From contig NZ_CP040006.1 in assembly GCF_005696695.1 (NCBI RefSeq), positions 180,001 through 212,000 on the forward strand: a DNA stretch of 32,000 nucleotides. Direction: 5' to 3'. The notes below the pieces were generated by a model. The model saw nothing but the letters and a program-made list of their open reading frames with translations, made no database searches and was not told where the DNA came from. A program made the translations under genes and the position numbers. Shown in pieces: positions 8,056 through 15,720 of this stretch (its first letter is position 1; every line of letters begins with the position of its first letter). Source of the DNA: Schaalia odontolytica (GTDB lineage Bacteria > Actinomycetota > Actinomycetes > Actinomycetales > Actinomycetaceae).

Positions 8056-8925
8056 GTGGCCCTCACACGCTATGTTTATAGCGTGAGCCAGGTAACGATT
8101 GAGACGCCCCGGGGAGTATCGCTCTCCGGTACGTTCACGCGTCCCGTGGACTGCCGCGACGCTGCGGTGATCTTTTCTCACACCTTTTTGTCGGATCGTC
8201 ACGCATCGGGTATGTTCGACTCAGTCGGTCGTGCGCTGCGCCGAGCCGGCTATGCGACGCTCACCTTCGACTACTCGGGCCACGGCGCCTCGGGCGACGA
8301 AATTATCACTTTCGATCCCCTCATCGAAGACTTCCGCTCCGCGTCCGGTTGGCTCGCCGACCAGGGCTTCGCGCGTCAAATCTGCGTCGGCCACGAGTTC
8401 GGCGCCGCCGTCGCGCTACGCTCGCGCCCGCCCGCCGTGCAGACATACGTGCTGGTCTCCCCGGTCCTCGGCCCCCTGTCCTACGACTGGAACCTCGTGT
8501 TCTCCGACGTGCAGCTCTCCGACCTCGAGCGCCACGGGGCCACAACCGTGCCCGACGACTCCGAGTCCGTGCGCCAGCAGTTCACCATCTCCAAGCGTAC
8601 CCTCGCTGACATGTCCATGGTCTCCGGTGAGAAAGCCTTGCGCGGACTGAGCGTCCCCGTGCTCATCACGCACGACTCCTTCGACGAGGAGACCGGCCTG
8701 CTCGACCGCACACGCGAGGTCTTCCACCTGCTGCCCGACGGCTCCCTCGTCGAGATGACCGCCGCCCCCGATGGTATCGCGGGCGAGTACACGCCGGTTG
8801 ACGGCGTGCCCGTCATCGACGAGGCCGTGGATCGCGCGCTCGCCGCCTCCGGTTCGGCGCACCTGCCCGCCCTGGTGGATGTCGCCGCCAAGTGGGCGAG
8901 CCGCTGGGTGCCCGTGAGCCGCTGA
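8056..8925 (+). CDS. Alpha/beta-hydrolase-fold protein with non-canonical nucleophile elbow (GHEFG)
   Basis: Fold landmarks: AAVIFSHTFL, TFDYSGHGASGD, ICVGHEFGAAVAL and PVLITHDSFDEE. The start is GTG at 8056, with an alternative GTG at 8083. Confidence 0.75.
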   Translation: MALTRYVYSVSQVTIETPRGVSLSGTFTRPVDCRDAAVIFSHTFLSDRHASGMFDSVGRALRRAGYATLTFDYSGHGASGDEIITFDPLIEDFRSASGWLADQGFARQICVGHEFGAAVALRSRPPAVQTYVLVSPVLGPLSYDWNLVFSDVQLSDLERHGATTVPDDSESVRQQFTISKRTLADMSMVSGEKALRGLSVPVLITHDSFDEETGLLDRTREVFHLLPDGSLVEMTAAPDGIAGEYTPVDGVPVIDEAVDRALAASGSAHLPALVDVAAKWASRWVPVSR

Positions 8926-8944
8926 TCGCCTCATTTCCGGCGGT

Positions 8945-9190
8945 GCTTGTGGCTCCGCTGGTGTTCCGGGCGCCGTCGGGCCCGGCCGCCCGCGAGATCG
9001 CCACACGCGAGCTTCGCTCGGAGTGGTCGATCTCGAAGCCCGCCCGTGCCCTCCGGTCCCTCCGGCGCCCTCCACACCGGCGGCGCTGTGTCGCTGTGTG
9101 TGCTGAGCGCGTCGGCTCGAAGCCCGGCCAGGCCCCGCCGCCGGCCGTGGGTATCGCGTCTGGGCTCTGCAGACCAGGCGGCCCGCTTGT
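8945..9190 (+). repeat. B-type GC-rich mosaic repeat, copy B1
   Basis: 8961-8990 matches 31801-31830 at 29/30 positions. The block CTCGAAGCCCGGCCAGGCCCCGCC at 9116-9139 is shared with B2 and B3, and a degenerate second copy starts at 9032. Confidence 0.8.
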
Positions 9191-9232
9191 CTGAAACCCC
9201 TGTCGCCTTTGCTTGCTGGTGTCTGTGTGGGA

Positions 9233-9519
9233 GTGAAACCGCCATCGCCTTTGTGGGCGCGAAACGGGCGTTTTTGGTGCGTTTTTCGGTTGCAGTGGTG
9301 ACGGTGGTTTCAACGCGTGCTGTTCAGGGGCGCGCAGTGGTGATGGCGGTTTCATACTGGCCTGTATTAGTGGTCGCAGAGGTGTCATTGGTTTCAAAGT
9401 CGCCACGTGGCTGTGTCCTGAGCGTGAAAAAGTTCGCCCAGCAGGGCCTGGTGGTGGGTGTGAGCGTGACAAAATTCGCCCAGCGCTCGAGAAATAGCCG
9501 AAAATCGGCGTTTTCTGGC
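9233..9519. repeat. Degenerate 42-nt-phased motif array (GTTTCA-type and TTCGCCCAGC-type units) with inverted partners
   Basis: GTGGTGAYGGYGGTTTCA occurs at 9295 and 9337, with a degenerate copy at 9379. TGAGCGTGAMAAARTTCGCCCAGC occurs at 9419 and 9461. The inverted partner GTGAAACCGCCATC is at 9233-9246. Confidence 0.7.
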
Positions 9520-9634
9520 GTGCTGGGCGAGTTTTGTACCGGGTTGGCCCAAGAATGCCCCGTGCTGGGCGAGTTTTGTACCGGGTTGGCCCAAGAATGC
9601 CCAGTGCCGGGCGAGTTTTGTACCGGGTTGGCCC
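9520..9634 (+). repeat. 42-nt tandem repeat, 2.7 copies
   Basis: The unit GTGCTGGGCGAGTTTTGTACCGGGTTGGCCCAAGAATGCCCC occupies 9520-9561 and 9562-9603 (41/42 identical). A 31-nt partial copy with one mismatch occupies 9604-9634. Confidence 0.95.
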
Positions 9635-9769
9635 GCAAGGTAGCGAGCGGGAAAAGTTATGGCCCTGTCGGTACCAGGAAGGCCGCCTTTTTGGTAGTCG
9701 TTGTCCCAGGGGCGACCCGCACGGAGGCAGGCAGAACTAGAACTACTGGTGTGCCTCCTCAGCCACCAC

Positions 9770-10783
9770 CTACCAGCCGTGCACCAGCTCAGCGAGAGCC
9801 GGGGAAGCCAGCCACTGCCTCGTGCCGAAGGAAGACACCGACACCGCGGCGACAGCTGACGCGAAGCGGATGAGGCGCTCCGGGTCGGCGTCCCCGCCGC
9901 GCTCGATCGCCCACGTGAAAGCCCCGTGGAAGGCGTCGCCCGCCCCCAGCGTGGACGCGTCCGGGACGGCTTCGACGGGAACCTCGCCGCTCTCGCCATC
10001 CCACCAGTACTGCACGGAGCGATCCCCGCGCGTGCGCACAGTCCGCGTGATGCCGAAGCCTCGCAGGAACTCGGCGACCCGCGCCCCGTCCGGGCGCGCC
10101 ATCAGCGGCGGCGCGAAATCCTCCGAGACGACTGCGATGTCGACGAAGCCCAGCAGGGGAGTGAGCCAGTCCTTCCACGAACCGCCGTCCAGGATGCGCT
10201 GGTGCGGCGGGCGAGCCTCGAGCGGGGCGAACGGGTCCTCCCCGTCGACCTCGGGTACGCCCAGCGTGAGGGCCGCATGCGCGAGCGCCGGGTTGTGTCC
10301 GTCGATGAGGACCGCGCCGACGCGCTCGGGCAGCTCCGCCGCCACGCCCTCCGCGTTGGCGTCGAGCCGCGCGTTCGTGGAAGCCACCATGCGACCGCTC
10401 GGGTGCTCGATGATCGAGGACACGGCGGGCTCGCGCGACGCCGGGGACGAGGCCGGCGCCGTCGCATCCACGACGCGCACACCCACGGCGGCCAGGTCGG
10501 CAGCAAGGAAGGCGGCAACGGGGCCTTCGCCGAGCGCTGTCAACAGAATCGGCGCTTCCTCAGAGTCAGTGGGAGCGCCCGAGGCGGCCCCGGCCTCGTC
10601 CTCAGGACCAGAGAGGATGCGCGAGGCCGCGCACAGCACCGCGTACGTGACGGCCGCGTTCGTCGCGGGACCGCCGGCGGCCATCGTGAAGTCCGTCGAC
10701 GTGACCTTCAGGGAAGGGTCCGGCACGTGGTCGAGTCGATGCAGGACATCCAGGGTCGTGAGCCCGGCGAAGAGAGCAGTCAT
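9770..10783 (-). CDS. PfkB/ribokinase-family carbohydrate kinase
   Basis: GGPATNAA lies near the N-terminus and GAGDAFHGAF near the C-terminus (the PfkB signature region). I prefer the ATG at 10781-10783 (MTALFAGLTTLD...). The ORF-track start at 10822 adds 13 residues and cannot be excluded. Confidence 0.8.
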   Translation of the reverse strand: MTALFAGLTTLDVLHRLDHVPDPSLKVTSTDFTMAAGGPATNAAVTYAVLCAASRILSGPEDEAGAASGAPTDSEEAPILLTALGEGPVAAFLAADLAAVGVRVVDATAPASSPASREPAVSSIIEHPSGRMVASTNARLDANAEGVAAELPERVGAVLIDGHNPALAHAALTLGVPEVDGEDPFAPLEARPPHQRILDGGSWKDWLTPLLGFVDIAVVSEDFAPPLMARPDGARVAEFLRGFGITRTVRTRGDRSVQYWWDGESGEVPVEAVPDASTLGAGDAFHGAFTWAIERGGDADPERLIRFASAVAAVSVSSFGTRQWLASPALAELVHGW

Positions 10784-10863
10784 GGGGACATTGTCGCACC
10801 CGGTGGCAGCGTGAGACGGCATGGCCGCGGCTCTCGCTGACAGAACGACAAACCCTGTAGCAT

Positions 10864-11598
10864 ATGAACAACGACACTCATCGACTCCTCCGGATCGCCA
10901 TGCACCTGCTCGACGCGCTGAACAACTCCCTGCCCGAGGTCTTCCGAGCCATTGACCTCATGGGCGTTCTCCTCAACGGCATCCTCGGCGGCAAAGTTGC
11001 CCGAGAGCGCAACTTCGACGCCGTTGGCTTCTGCATTCTCGCGATCATGACGGCGCTCGCAGGCGGCATGATCCGTGACCTGCTCCTGACGACGCGCACC
11101 GGAGCACCCGTCGCCATCACGGACCCCTACTACCTGGGGTTCGCGATCATCGGCGCTCTCATCGCGATGGCTTTCCGCATGGATTCGCGCGTGTGGTCGG
11201 TGCTCCTCGTGATCGCCGACGGCATGGTGCTGGGCTGTTGGAGTGCGACCGGCGCGATCAAGACCCTCGACGCGGGGTTCGCGATCATGCCGGCGATCCT
11301 CATGGGCATCATGACGGCGATCGGCGGCGGCATGGTCCGTGACATCTCCGCGGGACTGGTCCCGCGCGTCTTTGGTGGCAACAACCTCTACGCGACCCCC
11401 GCGTTTGCGTGCTCGCTGGTCACCGTCGTCTTCTGGTACATGGGCCAGCCGGTCCTGGGCATGGGCGCGTCCATCATCGTGGGCCTCGTGTTCACGGGAA
11501 TGGCGCATTGGCGCCGCTGGAAGCTCCCCCAGACCCGCGAGTGGACCATCACTCTCACATATTCACAGTTAAAAGCTCTGCGTGGGGGCAAGCGTTAG
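10864..11598 (+). CDS. TRIC/UPF0126-family (YadS-like) cation channel membrane protein
   Basis: Two UPF0126 repeats each carry the glycine motif (LAGGMIRDLL and IGGGMVRDIS), and there are seven hydrophobic segments. ATG at 10864. Confidence 0.85.
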   Translation: MNNDTHRLLRIAMHLLDALNNSLPEVFRAIDLMGVLLNGILGGKVARERNFDAVGFCILAIMTALAGGMIRDLLLTTRTGAPVAITDPYYLGFAIIGALIAMAFRMDSRVWSVLLVIADGMVLGCWSATGAIKTLDAGFAIMPAILMGIMTAIGGGMVRDISAGLVPRVFGGNNLYATPAFACSLVTVVFWYMGQPVLGMGASIIVGLVFTGMAHWRRWKLPQTREWTITLTYSQLKALRGGKR

Positions 11599-11607
11599 TA
11601 TGGCGGT

Positions 11608-13110
11608 GTGACTCCCAAATCAACACCCGCTTCTTCAGCTCCCGCCGCGGCGTCGCCGACCTCCGGGCGTAAGCGTTTTAAGACATGGCACCTGTCCATG
11701 ATGGCCCTGGGCCTCGCCATCGGCGCTGGCTTCTTCCTGGGTACGGGTTCCGCGATCCATCAGGCCGGTCCGGCTGTCATCGTGTCCTACGCCCTGGCGG
11801 CCATCATCGTCGTGTCGGTCATGCTGGCGCTCGCGGAACTGGCCTCGTCCTTGCCGTCGACGGGATCCTTCTCGTCCTACGCCGAGGCCGGGATCGGTCG
11901 GTGGGCCGGGTTCACGATCGGGTGGCTGTATTGGGTCATGCTCATCATGGTGTCGGGCCTGGAGGTGACGGGCGCGGCGACGTTCTTCGTCGGCTGGTTC
12001 CCCGCAGTTCCGCAGTGGGTGGTTGCCCTCGTAATTGTCGTTGTTATTGGCGGCATTAACCTGCTGGCGGCCGGGCAGTACGGTGAAATCGAGGCCTGGC
12101 TGTCGATGGTGAAGATCGTCGCGATCATCGCCTTCCTGGGCGTGGGCGTGTACCTAGTTGCGCGTACGGCGATCGTCGGTCCCCTGACGGGTCACGAGGG
12201 CGTGCTGCAGAACGTGCTGGGGCACAACGGTTTCGCGCCCAACGGGCTGTCGGGTATCGCGGTCGCTCTCCTGGCCGTCATCACGTCCTTCGGTGGCCTG
12301 GAGATCGTCACGATCGCCGCCGCCGAGGCCGAGGATCCCCGCGCCGCCATGACCAGCGCGATCCGCTCGGTCGTGACCCGCATCCTCGTGTTCTACGTCG
12401 GCTCCGTCATCCTGCTGATCGCGCTGCTGCCCTGGGACGGCGAGGCCATGAAGACGAACGCCTTTGCTGCGATCCTCGAAATGGCGGGCGTCCCCGCGGT
12501 TGGGACGCTCATGAACGTCATCATCTTCATGGCGCTGATTTCCGCGTTCTCCGCGAACATCTACGCCTCCTCCCGCATGGCGTACTCGCTGTCCGCGCGC
12601 GACATGGGACCGCGCTGGCTGCTGGGTGCCTCGGCCTCCAACAAGGCGCGCGCACGCTCCGTCGTTGAGGCGGCCCTCGAGGACGACGAGGCGCTCCTGG
12701 CCACCGAGCTCCAGGGCGACATCGAGGCGGGCCGAACCCCGAAGCGCGCGGTCGGCCTCGTCGTCGTGCTAGCGCTGCTGGCCGTCCTGGGCAACTGGTA
12801 CCTGCCCGGTTCGATTCTGACGATGCTCATCAACGCGATTGGCATGGTTCTGCTGATCGTGTGGACGTTCATCATCATCTCGCTGATGCGCCTGCACCCC
12901 TCGCTGGAGCGCTCGGGCTCTCTCGTCATTCGTATGCCCGGGTGGCCGTGGCTGCCGTGGTTGGTCCTCGCGGGCCTGGGCGGTATCGGTGTCCTCATGC
13001 TCATGAGCGACGAGGGCAGGGCTCAGCTGGTCTCCATGGGTGCGCTCACGCTTCTCATCGTGGCGATTTACTTCGTGCGTCAGCTGGTGGGGTCGCGCAA
13101 GAGGGCTTAA
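11608..13110 (+). CDS. APC-superfamily amino acid permease (500 aa)
   Basis: LAIGAGFFLGTGSAI is the signature of amino-acid permeases, and the topology is 12-TM-like. A charged insertion (SASNKARARSVVEAALEDDEALLATELQGDIEAGR) sits before the last helices. The GTG start is 10 nt after the previous stop. Confidence 0.85.
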   Translation: MTPKSTPASSAPAAASPTSGRKRFKTWHLSMMALGLAIGAGFFLGTGSAIHQAGPAVIVSYALAAIIVVSVMLALAELASSLPSTGSFSSYAEAGIGRWAGFTIGWLYWVMLIMVSGLEVTGAATFFVGWFPAVPQWVVALVIVVVIGGINLLAAGQYGEIEAWLSMVKIVAIIAFLGVGVYLVARTAIVGPLTGHEGVLQNVLGHNGFAPNGLSGIAVALLAVITSFGGLEIVTIAAAEAEDPRAAMTSAIRSVVTRILVFYVGSVILLIALLPWDGEAMKTNAFAAILEMAGVPAVGTLMNVIIFMALISAFSANIYASSRMAYSLSARDMGPRWLLGASASNKARARSVVEAALEDDEALLATELQGDIEAGRTPKRAVGLVVVLALLAVLGNWYLPGSILTMLINAIGMVLLIVWTFIIISLMRLHPSLERSGSLVIRMPGWPWLPWLVLAGLGGIGVLMLMSDEGRAQLVSMGALTLLIVAIYFVRQLVGSRKRA

Positions 13111-13162
13111 TTATCCACAGGTACTCGCCGCCGGGACGCAGATGCCGGTGGGTGGGTGCATC

Positions 13163-13196
13163 ATGAGGGCACCCCGAGTGGTCGGGGTGCCCTCAT
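13163..13196 (+). terminator. Stem-loop downstream of the permease gene
   Basis: ATGAGGGCACCCC and GGGGTGCCCTCAT form a 13-bp perfect stem with an 8-nt loop, 53 nt after the stop at 13110. There is no clear T-tract. Confidence 0.55.
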
Positions 13197-13228
13197 TGCG
13201 TGGGTGGCGTGAGAGAAAGGAGAGGGAG

Positions 13229-13966
13229 ATGGCGCGCAAGCGACGCAGGAGCATCGGGGATACGGTCCTCCTGCTGGCGATTCTCGCGGCGCTCGTGTGG
13301 GCGTTCGCGCCCGGCGTCGGCTGGGATCTGCTGGGCCTGCGCTCGCGCTTGGGGTGGCCGCCGCTGCGCAGCGGGCAGGCGCTGTCCTCTCTGCCGGATA
13401 GCGAGGCTGCCCGCCAGCTGCGCGAGCTCACGGTCCGAGAGTCGGTCGACGATCCGGCCGCGCCGTCGTATGACCGCGAGGCCTTCGGACAGCGCTGGGC
13501 GGACACCGACCACAATGGCTGCGACACCCGCAACGACATTCTTGCCCGCGACCTGGCGCGCCCCACCTTCAAGCCGGGCACGCGCGATTGCGTCGTCCTG
13601 TCGGGCACGCTCGCCGAACCCTATACGGGTGCCACGATTGAGTTCCAGAGGGGGGACAAGACCTCGTCTCTGGTGCAGATCGACCACGTCGTCGCCCTCG
13701 CGGACGCGTGGCGCTCGGGCGCCTGGCAGTGGGATGCGCAGCGCCGCCAGGAATTCGCCAACGACCCGGAGAATCTGCTCGCGGTGGATGGCCAGGCGAA
13801 TGAGGACAAATCGGCCTCGTCCGCGGATCAGTGGCTGCCGCCCAACACAGCGTTCCGCTGCGACTACGTGAAGCGCCAGATCGCCGTCAAGAACGCGTAC
13901 GGGCTGAGCGTCACCCGGGCTGAGCAGGACGCGCTCGCCGAGCAGCTGTCTATCTGTTCCGGGTGA
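13229..13966 (+). CDS. Membrane-anchored/secreted DUF1524 (GmrSD C-terminal-like, His-Me finger) nuclease
   Basis: MARKRRRSIGDTVLLLAILAALVWAF is a signal-anchor. The nuclease motifs are DTDHNGCDTRND and QIDHVVALADAW...NLLAVDGQANEDKSASSADQWLPPN. The ATG at 13229 is preceded by GAAAGGAGAGGGAG. The ORF-track start at 13040 lies inside the upstream gene and terminator. Confidence 0.8.
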   Translation: MARKRRRSIGDTVLLLAILAALVWAFAPGVGWDLLGLRSRLGWPPLRSGQALSSLPDSEAARQLRELTVRESVDDPAAPSYDREAFGQRWADTDHNGCDTRNDILARDLARPTFKPGTRDCVVLSGTLAEPYTGATIEFQRGDKTSSLVQIDHVVALADAWRSGAWQWDAQRRQEFANDPENLLAVDGQANEDKSASSADQWLPPNTAFRCDYVKRQIAVKNAYGLSVTRAEQDALAEQLSICSG

Positions 13967-14141
13967 TGGGTGGGGTGCTAGCCCTGCGCCGTGCGCCGTT
14001 GTGACGCGCAAATCTGACCAGTAATTTCCAGCTGATTCCCAGGCGTTTTCTCACGATGTGTCCATCTCGTGTGGAACTGAGCGCACGTCCGCAACATTGC
14101 CCGATAACGCCGGTAATGTTCCCCTCAAGGGGAGGGGTGAC

Positions 14142-14996
14142 ATGTACACGGCAATTAACTGGGCGCTTGATCTGGGCCTTTATGCCGCCGTCTGCGCGAT
14201 CACGTGCGCGCTGTGGTGGTTGCTCGGGCGCCGAGGTGAAACCAGTGCCACCGCGGGGCGTGCCGAGGCCTCGACCGACTCCGCTCAGAGCGCTGGGCGG
14301 GTGAGCCGTGCCCGCCTGACCGTCGTTCAAGCATTGCCCCTCATCTATCGCCGCTCGAAGCAGACGGGTGCGCTCCTGCCTCGCGAGGAGAACCCGGACA
14401 CCCCGACGACGGCAGAGATTCCCGTGGTCGCGGCCCCCGCCTCGTCGATGTGGAAGTTCCCGCGCGCCCTGCCTCTCGCCTGGATCCTGTATGCGGCAGG
14501 CCTGCTGATTTTCACGCTGCTGCCGCTGCCCTCCGACCCGGTGGCCGCGTGCGCCGCGATCATCCACTGGGACAACTACACGCCGTTCGGTTCCTTTGTG
14601 GCTGTCGCCGACCAGTTCCGCGACGGCGAGAGCCTGCGCGGCACCCTGTACGCGCTGTCGATCGTGCTGAACATTGCGCTGTTTGTGCCTCTGGGTGCCC
14701 TCGCGGAGACCACGTGGCGCATCCGCCGCATGCGCCGTGCCCCCGAGGGTGCGCCCGCCGACGGGTCTCGCCTGGCCCGTTCGATCCCGCACCGCCGAGT
14801 CCTGGCGTGGGTGCTGATCGGTTGCGCCATCTCCTGCCTCATCGAGCTAACCCAGTACACGGGCCTGTTCGGCGTCGTGCCCTGCACCTACCGAGTCGTC
14901 GACATCGACGACGTCATCATGAACACGCTCGGCGCCTACGCGGGCGTGCGCCTGCTGCCCTTCATGGCGCGCAACTCGCGCTTCATGGGCGCGTAG
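14142..14996 (+). CDS. VanZ-family membrane protein
   Basis: LNIALFVPLGAL, CLIELTQYTGLF and VVDIDDVIMNTLGAYAG are VanZ-like motifs. The ATG at 14142 is preceded by AAGGGGAGGGG. Confidence 0.8.
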   Translation: MYTAINWALDLGLYAAVCAITCALWWLLGRRGETSATAGRAEASTDSAQSAGRVSRARLTVVQALPLIYRRSKQTGALLPREENPDTPTTAEIPVVAAPASSMWKFPRALPLAWILYAAGLLIFTLLPLPSDPVAACAAIIHWDNYTPFGSFVAVADQFRDGESLRGTLYALSIVLNIALFVPLGALAETTWRIRRMRRAPEGAPADGSRLARSIPHRRVLAWVLIGCAISCLIELTQYTGLFGVVPCTYRVVDIDDVIMNTLGAYAGVRLLPFMARNSRFMGA

Positions 14997-15000
14997 GTGG

Positions 15001-15642
15001 TTATAGCCAGCCGGCCGCGCGGGCTAGGGACGCGGCCTCGGCGCGCGTGCGCGCGTCCATCTTCAGCATCGACGACGACACGTGGTTGCGCACCGTCCCC
15101 TGGCTGAGTCCCAGAGAGTGAGCGATATCCGCGATGGTGCCGCCGCCCTCGACCTCGCGCAAAACGTCTGCCTCGCGGTCCGTCAGAGGCGAGGAGCCTG
15201 CCGACAGCGCCTCGAGGGCCAGGCTCTGGTCGACCGCGCGGCCACCCGCAGCCACCGTGCGCACTCCGTCAGCCAGGGCTTCGACCGGCGCGTCCTTGAC
15301 CATGAAGCCCGTCGCCCCCGCGTCGAGGGCACGCTGCAGGTATCCCGGGCGCCCGAACGTCGTCACGATGAGCACGCGCACCCCCGGGAAACGGGAACGA
15401 ATCGCCTGCGTGGCCGTGATGCCGTCCATACGGGGCATCTCGACGTCGATGATGGCAACGTCGACGGGGGCGCTCGCGTGGGCCGGGGCGTCCGCCGATA
15501 CCAGGCGCGCCAGCTCCTCGAGGGCCTGCGCGCCATCGGCGGCCTGCGCGACAACCTCGATGTCGCACTCCAGGTCCAGCAGCCCCGCCAGGGCACCGCG
15601 AATCATCGCCTGGTCGTCGGCCACAAGTACCCGAATCGTCAC
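15001..15642 (-). CDS. Two-component response regulator, NarL/LuxR family
   Basis: The REC domain has VLVADDQAMIRGAL and DVEMPRMDG. The LuxR HTH is LTDREADVLREV...IADIAHSLGLSQGTVRNHVSS. The GTG start is preceded by AGGAGGG. Confidence 0.92.
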   Translation of the reverse strand: MTIRVLVADDQAMIRGALAGLLDLECDIEVVAQAADGAQALEELARLVSADAPAHASAPVDVAIIDVEMPRMDGITATQAIRSRFPGVRVLIVTTFGRPGYLQRALDAGATGFMVKDAPVEALADGVRTVAAGGRAVDQSLALEALSAGSSPLTDREADVLREVEGGGTIADIAHSLGLSQGTVRNHVSSSMLKMDARTRAEAASLARAAGWL

Positions 15643-15720
15643 GTCACCCTCCTGTCTGCCTGCGCTTGGGGTACCAGGCTAGCGCAGGTCGCAGGATCAT
15701 CTCTCGGGTGTGCCCGCCCT

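Noticed and set aside
9520-9634. Possible CRISPR array, suggested by repeats with GAAAC/GTTTC words nearby
   Set aside because: The 42-nt units are directly tandem with no unique spacers between them. There are no cas genes in the window. The GAAAC/GTTTC words belong to degenerate copies of the same minisatellite.
9324-9638. 104-aa minus-strand ORF with WANPVQNSP(S/G)TGHS 14-residue repeats
   Set aside because: It has a TTG start with no Shine-Dalgarno sequence. Many codons end in A/T (GTA, CAA, ACT, CAT, TCT), unlike the real genes here. The periodicity is fully explained by the DNA tandem repeat.
8947-9873. 308-aa plus-strand ORF containing a three-fold VLGEFCTGLAQECP repeat (a possible multi-core Cys-rich peptide precursor)
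   Set aside because: The ORF runs through the B1 repeat, the degenerate array and then antisense into the PfkB gene. There is no RBS and no plausible start context. The repeat identity is at the nucleotide level (41/42), so it gives no evidence of selection on the peptide. No modification enzymes are adjacent. It is retained only as a remote possibility, because 42 nt equals 14 codons.
13229-13966. DUF1524 nuclease as part of a GmrSD-type type IV restriction or defence island
   Set aside because: No DUF262 domain or other defence genes are nearby. The protein has an export or anchor signal. The surrounding genes are core transport and envelope functions.
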